Shown in pieces: positions 48,563-62,824 of a stretch of 64,000 bases of DNA. Source of the stretch: Pelomyxa schiedti (lineage: Eukaryota > Protista > Evosea); the NCBI GenBank assembly GCA_020536535.1, contig JAHLWZ010000811.1, positions 58,389 through 122,388 of the forward strand, in the 5' to 3' direction. Position 1 is the stretch's first letter, and each line of letters starts with the position of its first letter. The notes under the pieces were generated by a model. It ran no database searches. It saw only the letters and a program-made list of their open reading frames with translations, and was not told the DNA's origin. Both the position numbers and the translations under genes were made by a program.

Positions 48563-51440
48563 TTATTCGAGAAGGTGTGTAAGCCAGGACTTGGCTTCTG
48601 TTAGGTCGAGGGAAGCAGCAGCCTCATATATTGTTGGGGTATGCTTGAATGCATCGAGTTCTGCGGGGTTTTGTTGTTAGGTTGGAGCTGAAGAGGTGGG
48701 AACCTACTTATGCATTTGGGCAAGATTGGTTGTACGAGGTGGAAGCGATTTCCAAGTAAGAGTGAGCATAGGTCGGAGCAGCGCTGTTCGTTGAAATCAA
48801 GGACACTGCCAAATTTGAATCCCCACTGGCATAAACCCCAGTTGTGTGTTGGTCCAGAATTCGAGAAGTGCGGGAAGAACTTTGGATCTTTGCCTGTTCC
48901 AATCTATGAAGTACTGTTTGTACAATAGCAAAGGTTTTTAATCTGATCAAACGCGATGGACTGTGACGTACACTCAAGCAGTAAATGTTCTCGAATGGAA
49001 CCCCAAGTCTAGAATGAGCATATGCAATTGCAAATTCGGCTGAGGAATTGCATAGTACAGCCCCATCAACAAAATTTGAATGTGCTGGTAAAAAGCAGGG
49101 TGCTGAACAGGCTCTTACCGCTGCTTCATGTGCAGTTAGTGTTCGGTATTCTGGGTCAATGTCATTCATGTAGTGGCCCTGCTTCAAATTAGTTTGTTCC
49201 CGAATCTGTTATAATTACCTCAAAAAAGCACGTGGGTTCTGCTTTTCCATTATTCAGCAAGCATGTTGGTACCAAAAAGTGCTTCTTTGCATCCCCAAGC
49301 TGAAATGAACCGAAACACTACAAGGTGTCATAACCCGGAGTAGTTGTGGCAAAATCAGGAACCTCTTGAATGATCGCGTTAACATTTTCTGGAGAATACT
49401 GTGCCTGAAATAGGCCAAGAGACACTTTTTCAAAAAATGCCACCTGACCACATAAGTCTCCAAAAGATCTGATAGCTGACATGGGCCACCCTTTTTTGTG
49501 TTAGTAATTTACGCGGTCTTGTTCTAACATACCCATTGCAAGGAGAATGGAAATGACACCCCCAACAGAAGCACCAGCAAATAAATCGACTCGGTCTATA
49601 AGGGATGGGAACGCTTCGTTGAGTTGTTGCAGGACACTGGAAAGGTGAGAAAAAGAAGTGGTGTCATAGACCTACATTGAGAGAATTGCTCCTCTAACAC
49701 CACCACCATCCATAGACAGGATTATGAAAGGACGTACAGGAGCACTTAAAGAATGAGGCACTGTACGGTGGTCGTTCCCTTGAGTTGAGTGCTTTTGTAG
49801 AGTGCTTTGATAACGAATATTATCAACTGTCCTGGGAATACTCACAAAGTCGCATCAAACTAATAAAGCATACTTGGCTATCATCCCGTGCATAGGTGTA
49901 GAGGATGGATAAATCAAGGGGAGCCCCCAGCCACGCACATTTTCTCGAAATCCTTCATAGGCACAATCTATCTGAAAAGCGGCTTGACTATGAAGGGTTA
50001 TACTCCATTGTAGGGCATCTGCATTACTGGGTGCGCGAATGCAAACTGACGCTGATTTATCACCACTAACTAGAAATAAATCTGTCATAGCCTGTTGCTC
50101 TCTCTTGGGGTCACCTACAGGGTTGTTGAAATTCTTGTCCTCACAATTGTGATGAGATCCAGCTTGAATTTGCACTGTAGCCCCTCGTAGATCAAGAGAA
50201 TAAGTTTCAAAGGCATCGTACAAATTAAATCTAGCCTTTTCCACAATAATTAGAAGTCTTTTCCAAGAGCCATTACGGTTTACAAACATCCAACCTGATT
50301 GAACTGTTCTGAAGTATATAGGTTAGAATCTTGTATTTTTCCTGTCGTGTTTCAAGTACTGTGTGTTAAATGTTTCGGAGGTCCCAACAAGATCTGTGTA
50401 TTCTGTGCATTCGGAATCAAGATTTGATGCCTGGTTGCAGTCCTCATCAGAATGCTTGAGTGAATGTTTCTGGGGTTCGGTCTCAGAGTCACCACTCAAA
50501 CTCCTTGTATCACTCACTTCCTCATTCTCAGGTGCAGGTATACCAGTGCTGCCGCCGTGTTCTTCTCTATCAGGTGTTGTTGAAATCCCGTTTATGTCTG
50601 CAGGCTTTCCTCCATGGACTGTGTGAATATTTCGTTTACGAAGGGTAGACCGGAAAAACTCTACCCAAGTGAGGTAAAAAGAGTAGTCAAGGGCGGCAAG
50701 TTTCAATGTCTGGCCGCCACGCAGCATCAAATCTATTCTATAGCCCCATTCTCGTTGGACTCCTTCCGAGGCGTAACCAGCTCCACTGCTTCCCCACGAA
50801 TTTATATCTAGCCATGACCAGCACCAATCACACCACGTTGGTGAATCAAGCAGGGCACACGGTAAACCGCCGCATAGCTTCCTTCTTCCAGACCAGTTTC
50901 CGTCCCGTGTAGCACCTTTCCTGGTGGAATGTGCATCGGATTGATGTGATGCACCAGAAGCAGCCTCGTCCATGCAAAATCCCGTTTCCCCACGACGAGG
51001 GGTCACTTCGCTTCGAACCACGGGAGAACAAAACGGCGGTGCGGGAGGAAGCTCCGAGGTCGATGCAACATCAACAACCCGTTCTATGTCCTAGAGATAG
51101 ATAGACAGATAGATTTTTGAGTGTTCGGAAGAAAACCCAGCACACGGAGCCGAGGGTGCGTCATACATACAACGAAAGGTACGGACGATATCAGGGTGGT
51201 TTCGTAAGCAAACAAGTTGCCCCTCAGCGACAACGCGTAGAGTTTCTTCCAACCACGCGGAATCCCGTTTCTCGGCTTGGTGTAGTCATCAGCACTGACA
51301 ACACCGTTCATGCGCACCCACCCCTCCATTAGGCACAAGAAATTTGTGGATTCGCGAAAATCACCATGCTCACAGCCAGGATAAGTGGGCGAAGAGTCCT
51401 CCCGCGTACCGTAGGACCAGCTTTCCCGGTTCCTACTCAT
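48563..51440 (-). CDS. Patatin-like phospholipase with two N-terminal PH-like domains
   Basis: ILSMDGGGVRG, nucleophile elbow FAGASVG, AVRACSAPCFLP and FVDGAV. PH-like segments EGWVRM..GWKKLYAL and GWMFVNRNGSWKRLLI..ALQWSITL. The start codon is uncertain. Confidence 0.85.
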
Positions 51441-52204
51441 ACTTAAAGGAGGTCTGCCAACCAAAAATTGGGCCTGTGTTATTCTCCCTTTGCAGCTGAT
51501 GGGACCCCAGGAAACAAATTTTGGACTCTGAACAAGCAGCTGTTCTCTGATGAGGACTCCTATCAACTTGGAGGGCGTTGTGGCACCACCAAGTTTTTGC
51601 AAGAAAACACAAAAAAAAAAAGGGATCGTGAAGTGGTGGGCTGAGAGTAAGCTCCATTAGGTTAAGGACCCAGTGCTTATGATTTCGCTCAGGTCACGAC
51701 CCCCAAGGGTCCTGAGACGACGCACCCAGATTCCCCAACTACATGAAATTCTGTTTGTAAATGACAACGCCCGTAGTCTTCGCCCGAGTGGTCTTGGTCG
51801 CGGCCGGGTAACAGATACAAGATCTGTCCTCCCTCACTTCCCCACACGAGCAGGCACACACACCCTTTTGGGCACGCGCACACCGCGACGCTGAGGTTGG
51901 CGGCACGAGTGCAACGAAGGCAGGGCGAAACTTTTTCCTCGAAACACGGGGGTGAATCTCGTAGAAATTTCGATTTCCTTCGTTGGTCGTACGCGGAAGG
52001 TCTGGCTCGCACAAAAGCAGGCGAAATCAACGAACTTTGGTCGGTTTACAACCTGGCACTTTCTGCCGGTGGTCCGGAGACTTTCCCTAGGGAATAAATT
52101 CCCCAACTGTAGTTCTTCAACTCACCACAAAGCATTAGATTGATGAAAATGAAAAACATTCACAAAATGCAGCAAAAGCCGGCTTATGGGTTCTGGCAGT
52201 GCCC

Positions 52205-55200
52205 TTACGGTGAATTTAGGGTAGCTTTGGCTTGGCCCATAACTGCGTCGTATAGGGTAGCTGAAGCGAGTATTTGTTTCAGCCATTGTGAGCCTTTATC
52301 AAATATAAGTTCCCATTCCACCTGGTCCATGAGATAGTCCTTCTGGAGACAGCAGAGAACTGTTTTGGTGTGTTATTTATTTTTTATGGATGGGAGTGAG
52401 GTTGTGTTTGTTAGTTCGTTAGTACCTAACGCTGTGGCCCAAATGGATTCACCTTTGGGTAGGCTCTGAATGCACTTTGGAATTTTTGCTATTAAACTGG
52501 TTCTGGAAGCGCCTTCTGAAGTGTTGTCAGTTTGTTTCAGGGGAATATGGAGACGAACTCATTATTTGCACGGCAATAGCATCAGTCATCTCCCATGCGC
52601 CATTCATTGACTGAGCGAAAACCAAATTGTACATGGTTCTTGTGGCCGGAGTTGCAGTTGACGGGGTTACACTCTTTGCGGCAGAAGATGACGAATGAGA
52701 TAATGTTGGAGAAGGATCGGATGTTGGTGGTGCCGGGAATGCAAATAGATCCTCAGCTGAAGGAGGCGGAGGTGGCAATGCAGCATTTCCACTGAAGTGG
52801 GAAGTTGGTGGCGCCTCAGCCTTAAGCTCGAGAGATCTTAGACCGGTATATTTCATATCACTGTGTCTGGCGGAAGAGCCACTAGCTCGAGCTGGCGGTG
52901 CAGCGGCAAATGATCTGCCGAATGAAGGCAAGCTGATACTTGGTAGAGAGATGGAAGGGAAGCTAATTCCTAGGAAAAATTAACAACAAAGTATCGATAG
53001 AGGTGGCTGAAACCTATTCCTCCTTTTTTCTTGGCTTTGCAGTTCTCGGAACGAGCATACGATATTTGACTTCGCTGTCCTTCAAGATGGCCAATCGTGT
53101 CAATAGCATAACTCTCCTCGGCTCCGAAACTATCAAATCGGTGTAGGGAGTCCAAAATATAGGGACTCGCGGCTGCTAAGCTTGGAGGTGGTGGACTCTT
53201 TACAGTTGCCTGTTTGTTCACGACGCGTAATTCCATGGTAGCTTTTTAAGTTAGGTTATGCACTTGGTAGTGATTTCAAACCTTCTGTTGGTGATTCCCA
53301 ATTTTTTACACCAACAAAGCTGGTGTACTTGGTCATAAAATTATACCTGTGTGCTGTGATTTGGGTGGAATTTGTAAGATATTATACTTTAGGCCCAGTG
53401 CAAGAATCTCGGCTTTGCTGGCTGACACATCTCCTAGTTCTCGTACTCGTGCATGTGCCGCTAACTGGTGCAGTAAGTGTCCAGTAATGGACTTATCCAA
53501 AGGAATGCTAACCAAAGATGGGCTAATGTGAGGGAAGTCAACAGAGCATACTTGAATGAGGAAGTAAGAACTGACACTCCTTGCTCAGCAGATATTGTAC
53601 AGGAGGATGAGGAATTGTCACCAGGTCGAAGGTACCCATACACTGGAGGATGTGAGAAATGTTTAACGAGAATTATCAACTGGCCTGTGAGTCTGTCTTG
53701 ATGAAATAAAGGAGGAAGTATTTCTGGTACCTGTTTTTCAATAGGGAGGGATCCCCATGCGATTTTGACTTTTGTGAGGATTGGCTTGAAGAAAATTAAA
53801 ACATTGACCAATGAGTGTAAGAGTTGCCTGCATAGCTCTCTTCAGCTGAGCCATCACTTTCGGTTCAAGCCTTGTTCCAGATTGAATGAATTCTGCTCTG
53901 CCTCTGGTGACTTGAGCGATGCCTACATAAAGGTTAAGGAATACCCTAAATAAGAGTAGGTACCATTAACTAGGTATGGACTTGCCTCAGCAGATATTCC
54001 AAAAGAGAACACTCTTGTATTGCCTAGAGAAATGATCAACTCACTAAAATGCTAAAGTGTGCAGGGTTACCTGAGTTATTCTTCACAAAAGAAAGTACTT
54101 CGGGTGTATTCTCTACTTCACCATCAGTCTAATAGGTCTTGTGAGCTTGCTATATTATTATAATAAATGACCATGAAAAATATTTGCCTTGGAAGGTTGT
54201 CATGGCTGGGCGTTAGTAAAATGTCTCTAATTGGAGCCAACACATTGGTTCCTGAAATGTGATGAATTTTATGCCTCTTTTTGGGAAAGGGGAACCTCCA
54301 AGGTTGGCTTTCATGCCAGAAATATGAAGCTCTGCAATAGCAAACCTACAATAAAAGTTACTCGGTTAAAAATGGAATAGAAACCAACGTTTCTTCATTA
54401 TATTCTCTACTCCTCGGGAACAACTTCTCATGTGTAGCCCCAAAGCCAATAACTTTTAGAACTTAGAAGGGAAGTGGGAAAAGATGTTACTATTGAAGGC
54501 TGTCCCACTGCGCAAACTCCTCAAGAAAAGTTGTAAAGCGTTTTTGGCTTGGTTCATTCTAAAATTCATTAAACAGTGGGAAGTAGGAGAAGATGACGAC
54601 CTGCTGCCAGCCATACTCCCACTCCGGTCAACAAGAAAAATTACTTCCGTTTTTGTTGGCTCACCAGTGGATATTACATTTGGGAAAAAAGATACCATCA
54701 CTAATTTGGAGCCAGAATCGTCCTGTATAATGTGAATGCAGAATTCTCACACAAGGATAACTGACCTCCTCAATAATTGAGATAGGTTCGTTGTAATTTG
54801 TGCACTGCAGTTTTAGAGTAAAAATGTCAGACATCTAAGTTTTTTCGTGAGGTTTCTCAAGTTCTTAAGGTGTGAACCTGAGGTGAGAAAAATTTGACCA
54901 CCATGTTTCCATCACCATCGGCAGTAGATGTCGCACCATTACTGGAGGATATGTCTACCAATTTTTGTGGCGGGCTTGCTGAAAATACCCCTGTAAATGT
55001 AAACCCTGGAGGTATGTCTCCCACAGACGTCTAAAAATTGTTCAATGCCACTTTTCATATATGTGAGACGAAGGTCTGACCCACCGTCAATGTTTGGGAG
55101 AGTGGAAGGCCTTTGGTGCATGGTAGACAAAAGATTAGAGAGCCTTCCTCATATTTCAATTCTTTCCCCAACGTAAGTTGGAGTCAATGTAAATACAAAG

Positions 55201-55954
55201 AGACCAGTAATGTACGTCAATGAAACTTCACAGGCCTGTTTTGGAGGAAGATTGCCCACAAGAAGTTTAACGATTTCCTCTTTCAGAGGATCTGACTCTA
55301 TCTTTGTTGTTAGTTGACTTGTTTGCTGTCATAGGAAATTGGAAACCTGTTTCAACCAAAAAACCAGTATTTCCACTTGCTATAGAATCATCGTACTAAA
55401 TTCTTTAAATGAAGAAAAATATCCTGACAATCTAGCTACCGTATTCTGAGCCTGCTCCTTTTCCTTGATTTTGGCTGTGATTACTTTTTCACCAATTGTT
55501 ATCTTCAGGGCCGTGACAGTGCAGTCACCTTGGTAAAATTTGTACCTGCCAATCAAAATCAAAATCAAAGCCAAAAGGAAAAACGCCAGCCGTACATTGC
55601 CTCAATTGGGACAGTCTCAGAATTCACAAACGAGTGACGCAGCTCGACTTCGGCCGCGACGCCCGTCACCCTCGCACTCACGCTCAGCCCCACAAACGGC
55701 ACCCCCACGCCAAACTCCCCCTCCTGTTCCGCATTATGGGACGCGCCACGAGGCAGCGCCGCCTCGGACTTTCGGCGAAACAGGCCGATCTCGGCGACAT
55801 CCGTGTCGATCAGCACGGGAGCAGGCGGGGCCTCGGCAGCCGCCGATGACGACGCCGACGAAGAAGAAGCAGAAGAAGCCGCGGAAGGGGGCGTGGCGGG
55901 AGTGGGGACAACGGCGGCCGTGGTGAGAGACGTCGGAGTTTGCTCGTAGAACAT
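52205..55954 (-). CDS. VIT + von Willebrand A domain protein (VWA5A-like)
   Basis: VIT segment AEVELRHSFVNSETVPIEAMY..KIKEKEQAQ, vWA MIDAS FLVDRSGSM, NALQLFLRSL, TDGEV, TKYTSFVGV, and C-terminal Q..NGAW / WATAL. Confidence 0.92.
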
Positions 55955-56300
55955 CTGAATGGCAACCTGTGTGGCATGTGAGTTATGGGTTTGTTGTTTG
56001 ACCGTCGGGGTCACACCTCCAAGTTGTTCCGTGCCTTAGACATGAATTTCTGGGCGGCGGCAGTGTCGGCACCTGTTATGGCAATGAAGTCGTCCATGTC
56101 GGTTGGGTGGTCCTTTGGTTCGTTATTGAAATCGTTTTGATGGAAAGCCGAATCTGCCTTTCATAATCGGCTCCGACCCTCCTCTCAACCCTCTACGCAG
56201 GGCACTCATCCCGTGAAGATGCTTGGATGTACCTACACCCACCAATGAGGGATCCGCCACATCCCACCCAAAATAATTTCCAATCAAACCCAAATAAGCG

Positions 56301-59300
56301 ATGGATTCGGGAAGCGGCGCGGGCGACGACGAAGACGAAGCGTCGCACAGCAACACCTCGGCGCCAGCCTCCCAGTCCAACCCCAACAGCGACGAGGCCG
56401 CCGCCGCCACCGCAAACAACGACGGCTCGGCCGCAGCAGCGAACCCCGTGGACCCCGAACCACAATGCGAAGGTGACAGGGAACCCGAATGGGAAGGAGA
56501 AAGGGAAGGAGAAGGGGAGGGCGATGGCGATGGCGAGCACGAAGAGCAAGACGAAGAAAAGGAGGAGGTGATGAGGGGGCTGATCGTGGCGGCGAGGTAC
56601 GGGAGGCTGGAGGAGGTGAAGGACCTTGTGGAGCGGCGCGGGGCGGACGTGAACTGCAGGGCTGAGGACGACTGGACCCCGCTCCATGTGGCGTGTCAGA
56701 GGATGCACCTCGACGTTATCCTCTACTTGGTTGGTTTGTTTGTTTGTTTGTTTGCTTGCTTGCTTGCTTGTTTGCTTGTGTCTGTCTGCCTGACTGCCTG
56801 GTCTTATTGTATCCCTTCCCCCGCCCCCCTTTCTTCCGTCTCTTCCTTCTTCCCTTGTGGTGTGTAATTGAGACTATACTAGTTGAGCAAAGGGGCTGAT
56901 ACATCACTTGAGACTACAAATGGGGAGAAGCCACACGATTTTTTGTTTGACTCGTCTGCCCCGGACTTGAACCTCTTCATGCAATTGTTCAAAGCCAGTT
57001 GCTCTAGAATGCGGTATTCACGGAAAAAGGACGGTGCCACTCCTTTACACATCGCCTGTGAGCAGGTTTTTTCTCCACTCTCTTTCTGTGGTATAATAGT
57101 TACAAGAATAATATCGACTTAATGAAAGAACTTCTTAGTGCAGGCTTTGATGTCACACAAAAAGTACTTTGATTTCTTCCTTTGCTGACCTTACTAATCC
57201 CCTCTCCCCGTTTTGTTGTGGCACATTCAAGTGCAGAAATGGCAGCAATGCCTTTCACACTGCAGTTGACTCTGGGAACATACACATTGTTACTCTGATG
57301 TTATCTTGTTTTAGTCCCACTCAGCTAAATACGATTGCTGTTTCTCAAAGAGGACTTGATAACTGCACACCTTTTATGATTGTAGGTTTTCAGTGCTCTT
57401 TGTGTTAAAGTAAAATCGTTGTAGGCGTGCATTAAGAGCCAACTTTGCATGGGTGAACTCATGTGTGAAAAGGTTACACGGAACCATTTTTTGTTACGTT
57501 TTGATTTCAACTTCAGTTCAGCAATGACCATTTCAGACTCGTTTCTTGTAATAGTTCGACTCTTCTACATTTTGCTTGCAGTTCTGGTGCCTCTGATCAG
57601 GAGGCTCTCTGGTTTCTCTTCCTGTTTATTAATTCTCTCACAAACTTGTGTTAGGTGGGTAAAAAAATCTGTAGAGGGTGGTTGTGATGTTAATACCACG
57701 AGAACAGATGGATGCACTGCACTACATGTTGTTCCCCCACAATCGTTTCCTTACAACCAATTGCTCACTTTATCCAGCTTGCAATACAAGAATCCATGAA
57801 GCAAGTGAGTACATTCCTTGTAGAATCTGGTGCTGTCGCAAATATCAGACGCAATGATGATGGTGATACAGCACTTCACACTTCCCTAAAAAAATGTACT
57901 TCTTATTACATTGTGTTTCGTTGTGCTTAACATTTTTAAGGTCCTGACTTGGTCTGGCTCCTTCTCAACCGATGTAAAGCTCTGGACTTGACTGCTAAAA
58001 GTAATGATGGCAGTACCTGCTTACTGTTAGCCTGCGAACAGGGAGATATGGCCTTAATTCATGTAAAGACCTTCCAATTTACATTTGAGACACACATTTT
58101 CTCAAGCATTTACTTTCTGCTAATGCTTCAGTGGTGAATACCCCAAAGAACGATGGAACTGTATGTTCTTATACCCTTTTCCCTCTAACATGCCATAGAC
58201 CCCACTGCACATAGCTACCTCACGTGGCCATAGAGAAATGGCTTTACTTTTACTGGAATATGGTGCAGATGTAAATTCCTCAATTGCGACTGGAGAGACT
58301 TTGATGCATTTAGTTCGCCTCCAGAATCAAGATTTCCTCTAACTTTGCTAGGTACTGGGTCCCTCTTCAGAAAGTTTGTTGAACCGTCGTTGGTCTCGAA
58401 GACCTGAATGGTATCCTTTTTTTTTTTTTTGTCATTCCTCTATGGCATAGGTGATTCTTTCCTTACAGGGCAATGATGTTTCTATCCAAATCCCAACCCC
58501 CCATGGTTAATGTAAATGCAAAAAGGTTTGATGATGAGATATCTCTACCCTTTCACACCCTTTCCACAGAAACGATGGCACAACCTTACTTATTCTTGCG
58601 TGTCATTTTGCAGATGTTCCTGTAATCCCCTTTTATTTTTCCTTATACATATTGTAATCATTGCTGTGTACAGGTTGTAAACCGGCTGTTGGAATTAGGT
58701 GCCGATCCTTCTTCCATGAAAGATGATGGAACGTGCCCACTTCTCATAGCTTTTGATAAAAATCACCAGGAAAAACTTTTTCACAAAATTCCCAATTTGA
58801 CACTCCTGCAGATCCTAGCTAAGATATTAATTACAGCAGGAGCACGCACGATGATTCCATCCCGGCGACGTGGGGGACAGTCCCCGTTAATGACGGCAAT
58901 ACAGCGCAACGATCAGTAACTATATATTTTCCAAATAATCCTAATGCCAGATTAGTGAATGGGTTCGTCTTCTTTACTCCTGTTTTTTGGCTGCTGATGC
59001 TGGATTTATATCTGATGATGGAAGCACAGTACTACATATGTGCTCAGATGGTCAGATGCATTTCTACATTGTAGTTTTCCGACAAATTTTTTACTAGGGT
59101 ATCCAGATGACGAAGTATTTGACCACATATTAAATCAAGTTCCTGATGTGAATGCTGCCAGAGGGGACGGGTACAAGCCAATATGCCTAAATGGTTGCTG
59201 ACACTTAGTTCAGTTGCACTGCTCTGCATTTGGTTGCCCAACGAGGAAATACAGCAAGAACAAAAGCACTCATAAAAAAGGGTGCAAACGTGCATGCAAA

Positions 59301-60788
59301 GGCACATCACAGTATTTTTTTCCCCCTATTTTTCTTATTTGAGATAGCTGTTGTCAAACACCAGTGCTCACCCTTTTCAGGACTTACACCTCTTCATTTT
59401 GCTTGTAGAGGAGGTCATTCAGCTGTCTCGTAAGTGTCGTTTTCATATTTTTCTGGTTTTTTTCACTTTTTTCAAGGAAATTACTCTTAAGTGCTGGAGC
59501 AAACCCTGATTCCGTTGCTGAGGCATTATCTGTGGATGACAGTGAAGGTACCCCAATGTCTTTTGCTAGAGAAGCTGGCAATTTTAGACTTGTAAGAATG
59601 TTGATGGATCCTCTCAGAAGGTTTGTCAAACAGTGTAGGTAGTAACGAGGAAGTTTATCCTCCTGCAGTTCTTTGGCAGTAATGCTCAGAAATTTTACTC
59701 TGGATTCTGATGATGATGCTTCCCACACCAAAACACCGGTTGAAGATGTGTTCGAGCCTATGCCACAGAAACATGTGGGAGTGTGCTCTATATGGTGTGT
59801 TTACTTGACAACAAAGTTAATACTCACTTAAATTTTGTATGGTTCACAGTGACCAAGAGTCTGTGCCTCTTGTAGTCCTTAGTAGATGCCACCATGAGTA
59901 AGAGTTCCAGAAAAACAATGTTAAGAAAATTCTACTCACGTTACAGATTTTGTGCAGAGTGTCTCAATGGTTGGTTTACATCATCATTCAATGGTACTGT
60001 CATCTACGATCCGATATTCTCTAATGTGTAGCAACAAGGTTACACACATTCGAGATGCCCAAATAAAGGATGCCAAATGATCGTGTCATACTATGATTTA
60101 CGGTATTTACAGTTAAAAAGAAAAGTTCTAACTGTCACAAAGAGAGTGTGTAGCCAACATAAATCAGTATGAAGAACAGATGTTAAGACGAGCTATTATG
60201 GATATCCCGGATTTCAGGTAACCACTGTAAGTGAGAGCTACGTTGTAGTCAGCTTTAAATTACAGATGGTGCCCCAAATGCCAGACTGGTGGCATAACCT
60301 CATGCTGTGATGCCATTTGCTTCAATTGCGGATTTCATTACTGTGCCCAGTGCATGTTTGCCAAACATGAGGGCACCTGCGAAAGTTACTTTCAAAACGT
60401 GCTGGTATCTCATGAAATCAAGAGGGATTAATGACAAACCTGAAAAAGGAAGAAGAAAGAGGGAAAAGACGAGAATCCAGAAAGGCAAAGGAAATGTTTG
60501 AAAGTGAGAAAGTGAGTGCATCCCGATAATATAAAAACATTAACGTTCAAACAGTGGATCAAGGATTTTTCAAAGCCTTGCCCAGGTTGTAAATGCAATA
60601 TAAAACGCAGTGGGGGGTATGCAAAAACCTCCCTTTTAATTTGAAACCAAAAGCAAAACAACTAAAAACACTCAAGGTGCTCTCACATTGTATGTAAAAA
60701 CTGTCAATTTCAATGGTGTTGGTTGTGTGGAGGTACTTATATGGGCTTGTACACTTTTGGGGACAAGTGCCCTTGCAACAGGCACTAA
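56301..60788 (+). CDS. Ankyrin-repeat RBR (RING-IBR-RING) E3 ubiquitin ligase
   Basis: Many ankyrin repeats (WTPLHVAC, ATPLHIAC, DTALH, TPLHFAC). RING1 C.H.FCAECL..CP; IBR FRWCPKC..C..C.FHYC..C..H; RING2 KPCPGCKCNIKRSGGCSHIVCKNCQFQWCWLC with the catalytic Cys in GCSH. Confidence 0.9.
56729..56778 (+). repeat. Compound (GTTT)n/(GCTT)n microsatellite at the start of the first intron of the ankyrin-RBR gene
   Basis: Sequence ggttggtttgtttgtttgtttgtttgcttgcttgcttgcttgtttgcttg is read directly. Confidence 0.9.
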
Positions 60789-60883
60789 TCCTTTTTGTTG
60801 TAACAAGTGTTTTCATCAATTCAATTTTGATTTCCTCATAAGAATTGTTCGTTTTCTTTTTTTTTTGTGGAGGGTAATTTAAT

Positions 60884-62824
60884 TCACTCCACATACCACA
60901 ACAAAATTCCCACACACACCAAACATACAGCACCAAGGAATCCAATAAAAAAAGCACCACAGGAAAGTCGGCAGTTAATATTCCATCTGTTCTTATTGGC
61001 ATCAATGAGAGGCAAGCACGGCTGATTGAGTTCTATTGGTGTATCAGTAACTTGTGTTTTACGGAATTATGTACCTTCTATTACAATTGGTACACAGATA
61101 GAGTCACTTGGGGCAAGGAGCTTCAGGGACGTGGGTGTTTTGGCTCTGTTGGTTGTTTCTCCGGGTGTTGTTGGTGTTACTGTGAGAGTTCTAGAGGGTG
61201 TAGTTGTTTCCGTTTTAGGGGTGTAGGGGTGTAGAATTTCGTTTTGGGGTGGTGGTTGTTCTCGAGTGGTATTCTGAGTTTCAGTATTTCGAGGTGAAGA
61301 TAATGCTGTTGGTGTGGTGGATGAAGAATTGGGGCTGAGGAGTTGGGGTGGGTTTGATGAAGATGGATCCCAAGATAAAACACCCGTCTCGCATCCGCGA
61401 GTTCTAAGAAAAAGTCAAAAACTTGTGAAAAAGAGCAGGGAATAAGCAGTACTTGTTGGAGATGGAAGGAATACTTATCCTGAGAATATTTTACTGGTTA
61501 GTATGTTAGCTTTTTGACAATGATAAAAACCATGAAAAAGGCATACCGTGTTATATTGTACTTGGTGTTTGGAAGATGATCTATTTTATAAACATATCTT
61601 GATAGGAGTGAGAAAAGTTTGTGTGTTTGTGAGAGATCTTACCTATGATTGTGCCCATTGATGACTGAAAGAAGCAAAAGGTAAGAAAGAGTATTTGATT
61701 TTATGACAGGAACCTGTTGAAAAGCCAAATGGTATGAGAAGTGTCTTGGTTAATCTGTTAGTATTTTCCATGTGCCTGTGGCTGTCTTCTGAATCTTTCC
61801 ACACACTATGATGTGTCACCAAGTGCAGCCTTGGACTGCGTGATGGTGTTGGATAAGATAACGGAAAGAGGAGTGGAGATGATGTAAGTAGTTTTGGCGT
61901 GGATTCAGAGTATGTGGGGCTGTGATGGGGTGTTTCTGGTGACTTCGAACAGTCACTGGATGATAAATTATTTCTGGAATCCTCATTAGGGTGCACTTTT
62001 GGTACACCCATTTTTTGGAGCTCATCTGAAGCCCATTGAATTTGACTGGCACTAATTTGGGGTATCTTGGGAAATTAGACAAGGTTTGAGCAGAGCGGAG
62101 CTCTCATACCACTCCGTGGTAACTACACAGAGCCACAAAAATATCATCCCCCACCCGGGTGATTGTATCACAAGTGGCAGCATTGAACGCCGCAACATCG
62201 GCTTGCAGTGCTATCATAGAGAACATCTGCTTCACTTTGGCCCGGGCAGCCACACTTCTACTAGATAATCCCAGGTGCCCAACTCCTTCAAAGAAAGCTC
62301 CTCCATATTCTATTATCAATAAGGAAGGCTAAAAGTTCAAAAGGTCCAAAAGCCAAATAGAAGTGAGGGAAACAAAAAAAAAAAAAAAACCCCAGTCACT
62401 TGACACACAGACCGTGGTTTCCTATGGTACAAATGACCACCATTCGCAAATCGCGCATGGCTCTCGCGACCAAATCCGACGCCTCTTCCAATTCGGCCCC
62501 AACCGCGTGCTCCACGAGGTCCCCGCCAAGAACGAGCACCTTCTCAGGGCGGCCCGCCAGCAGTCCCATAATCAGCGATTGCGCTGTGAACCCCTGCCCG
62601 GACCTCCCCAGGTGCACGTCCGAGCACAACAACACGCCCTCCGCCATGAGCCCTGGCCCTTGGTTGTTGATGTTGCCAATTTGGGCCGCTGCCGAGGCGG
62701 CGCTTGTGGTCGTGGTCGTGGTCGATGCCGATGCTGCCGTTTGGTTGTTTGTTGGTTGTACAGGCAGTACGCAGGCGGATGCTGCATCCCGTTCACTATT
62801 GTGGGTGTCGGTAGTGGCTGCCAT
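60884..62824 (-). CDS. Calcineurin-like metallophosphoesterase with a C-terminal transmembrane (tail) anchor
   Basis: All five motifs appear after splicing: SDVHLG, GGDLVE, GNHE, THH, NGHNH. An S/T/P-rich linker follows, and the protein ends GAFFIGFLGAVCLVCVGILLWYVE*. Confidence 0.8.
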
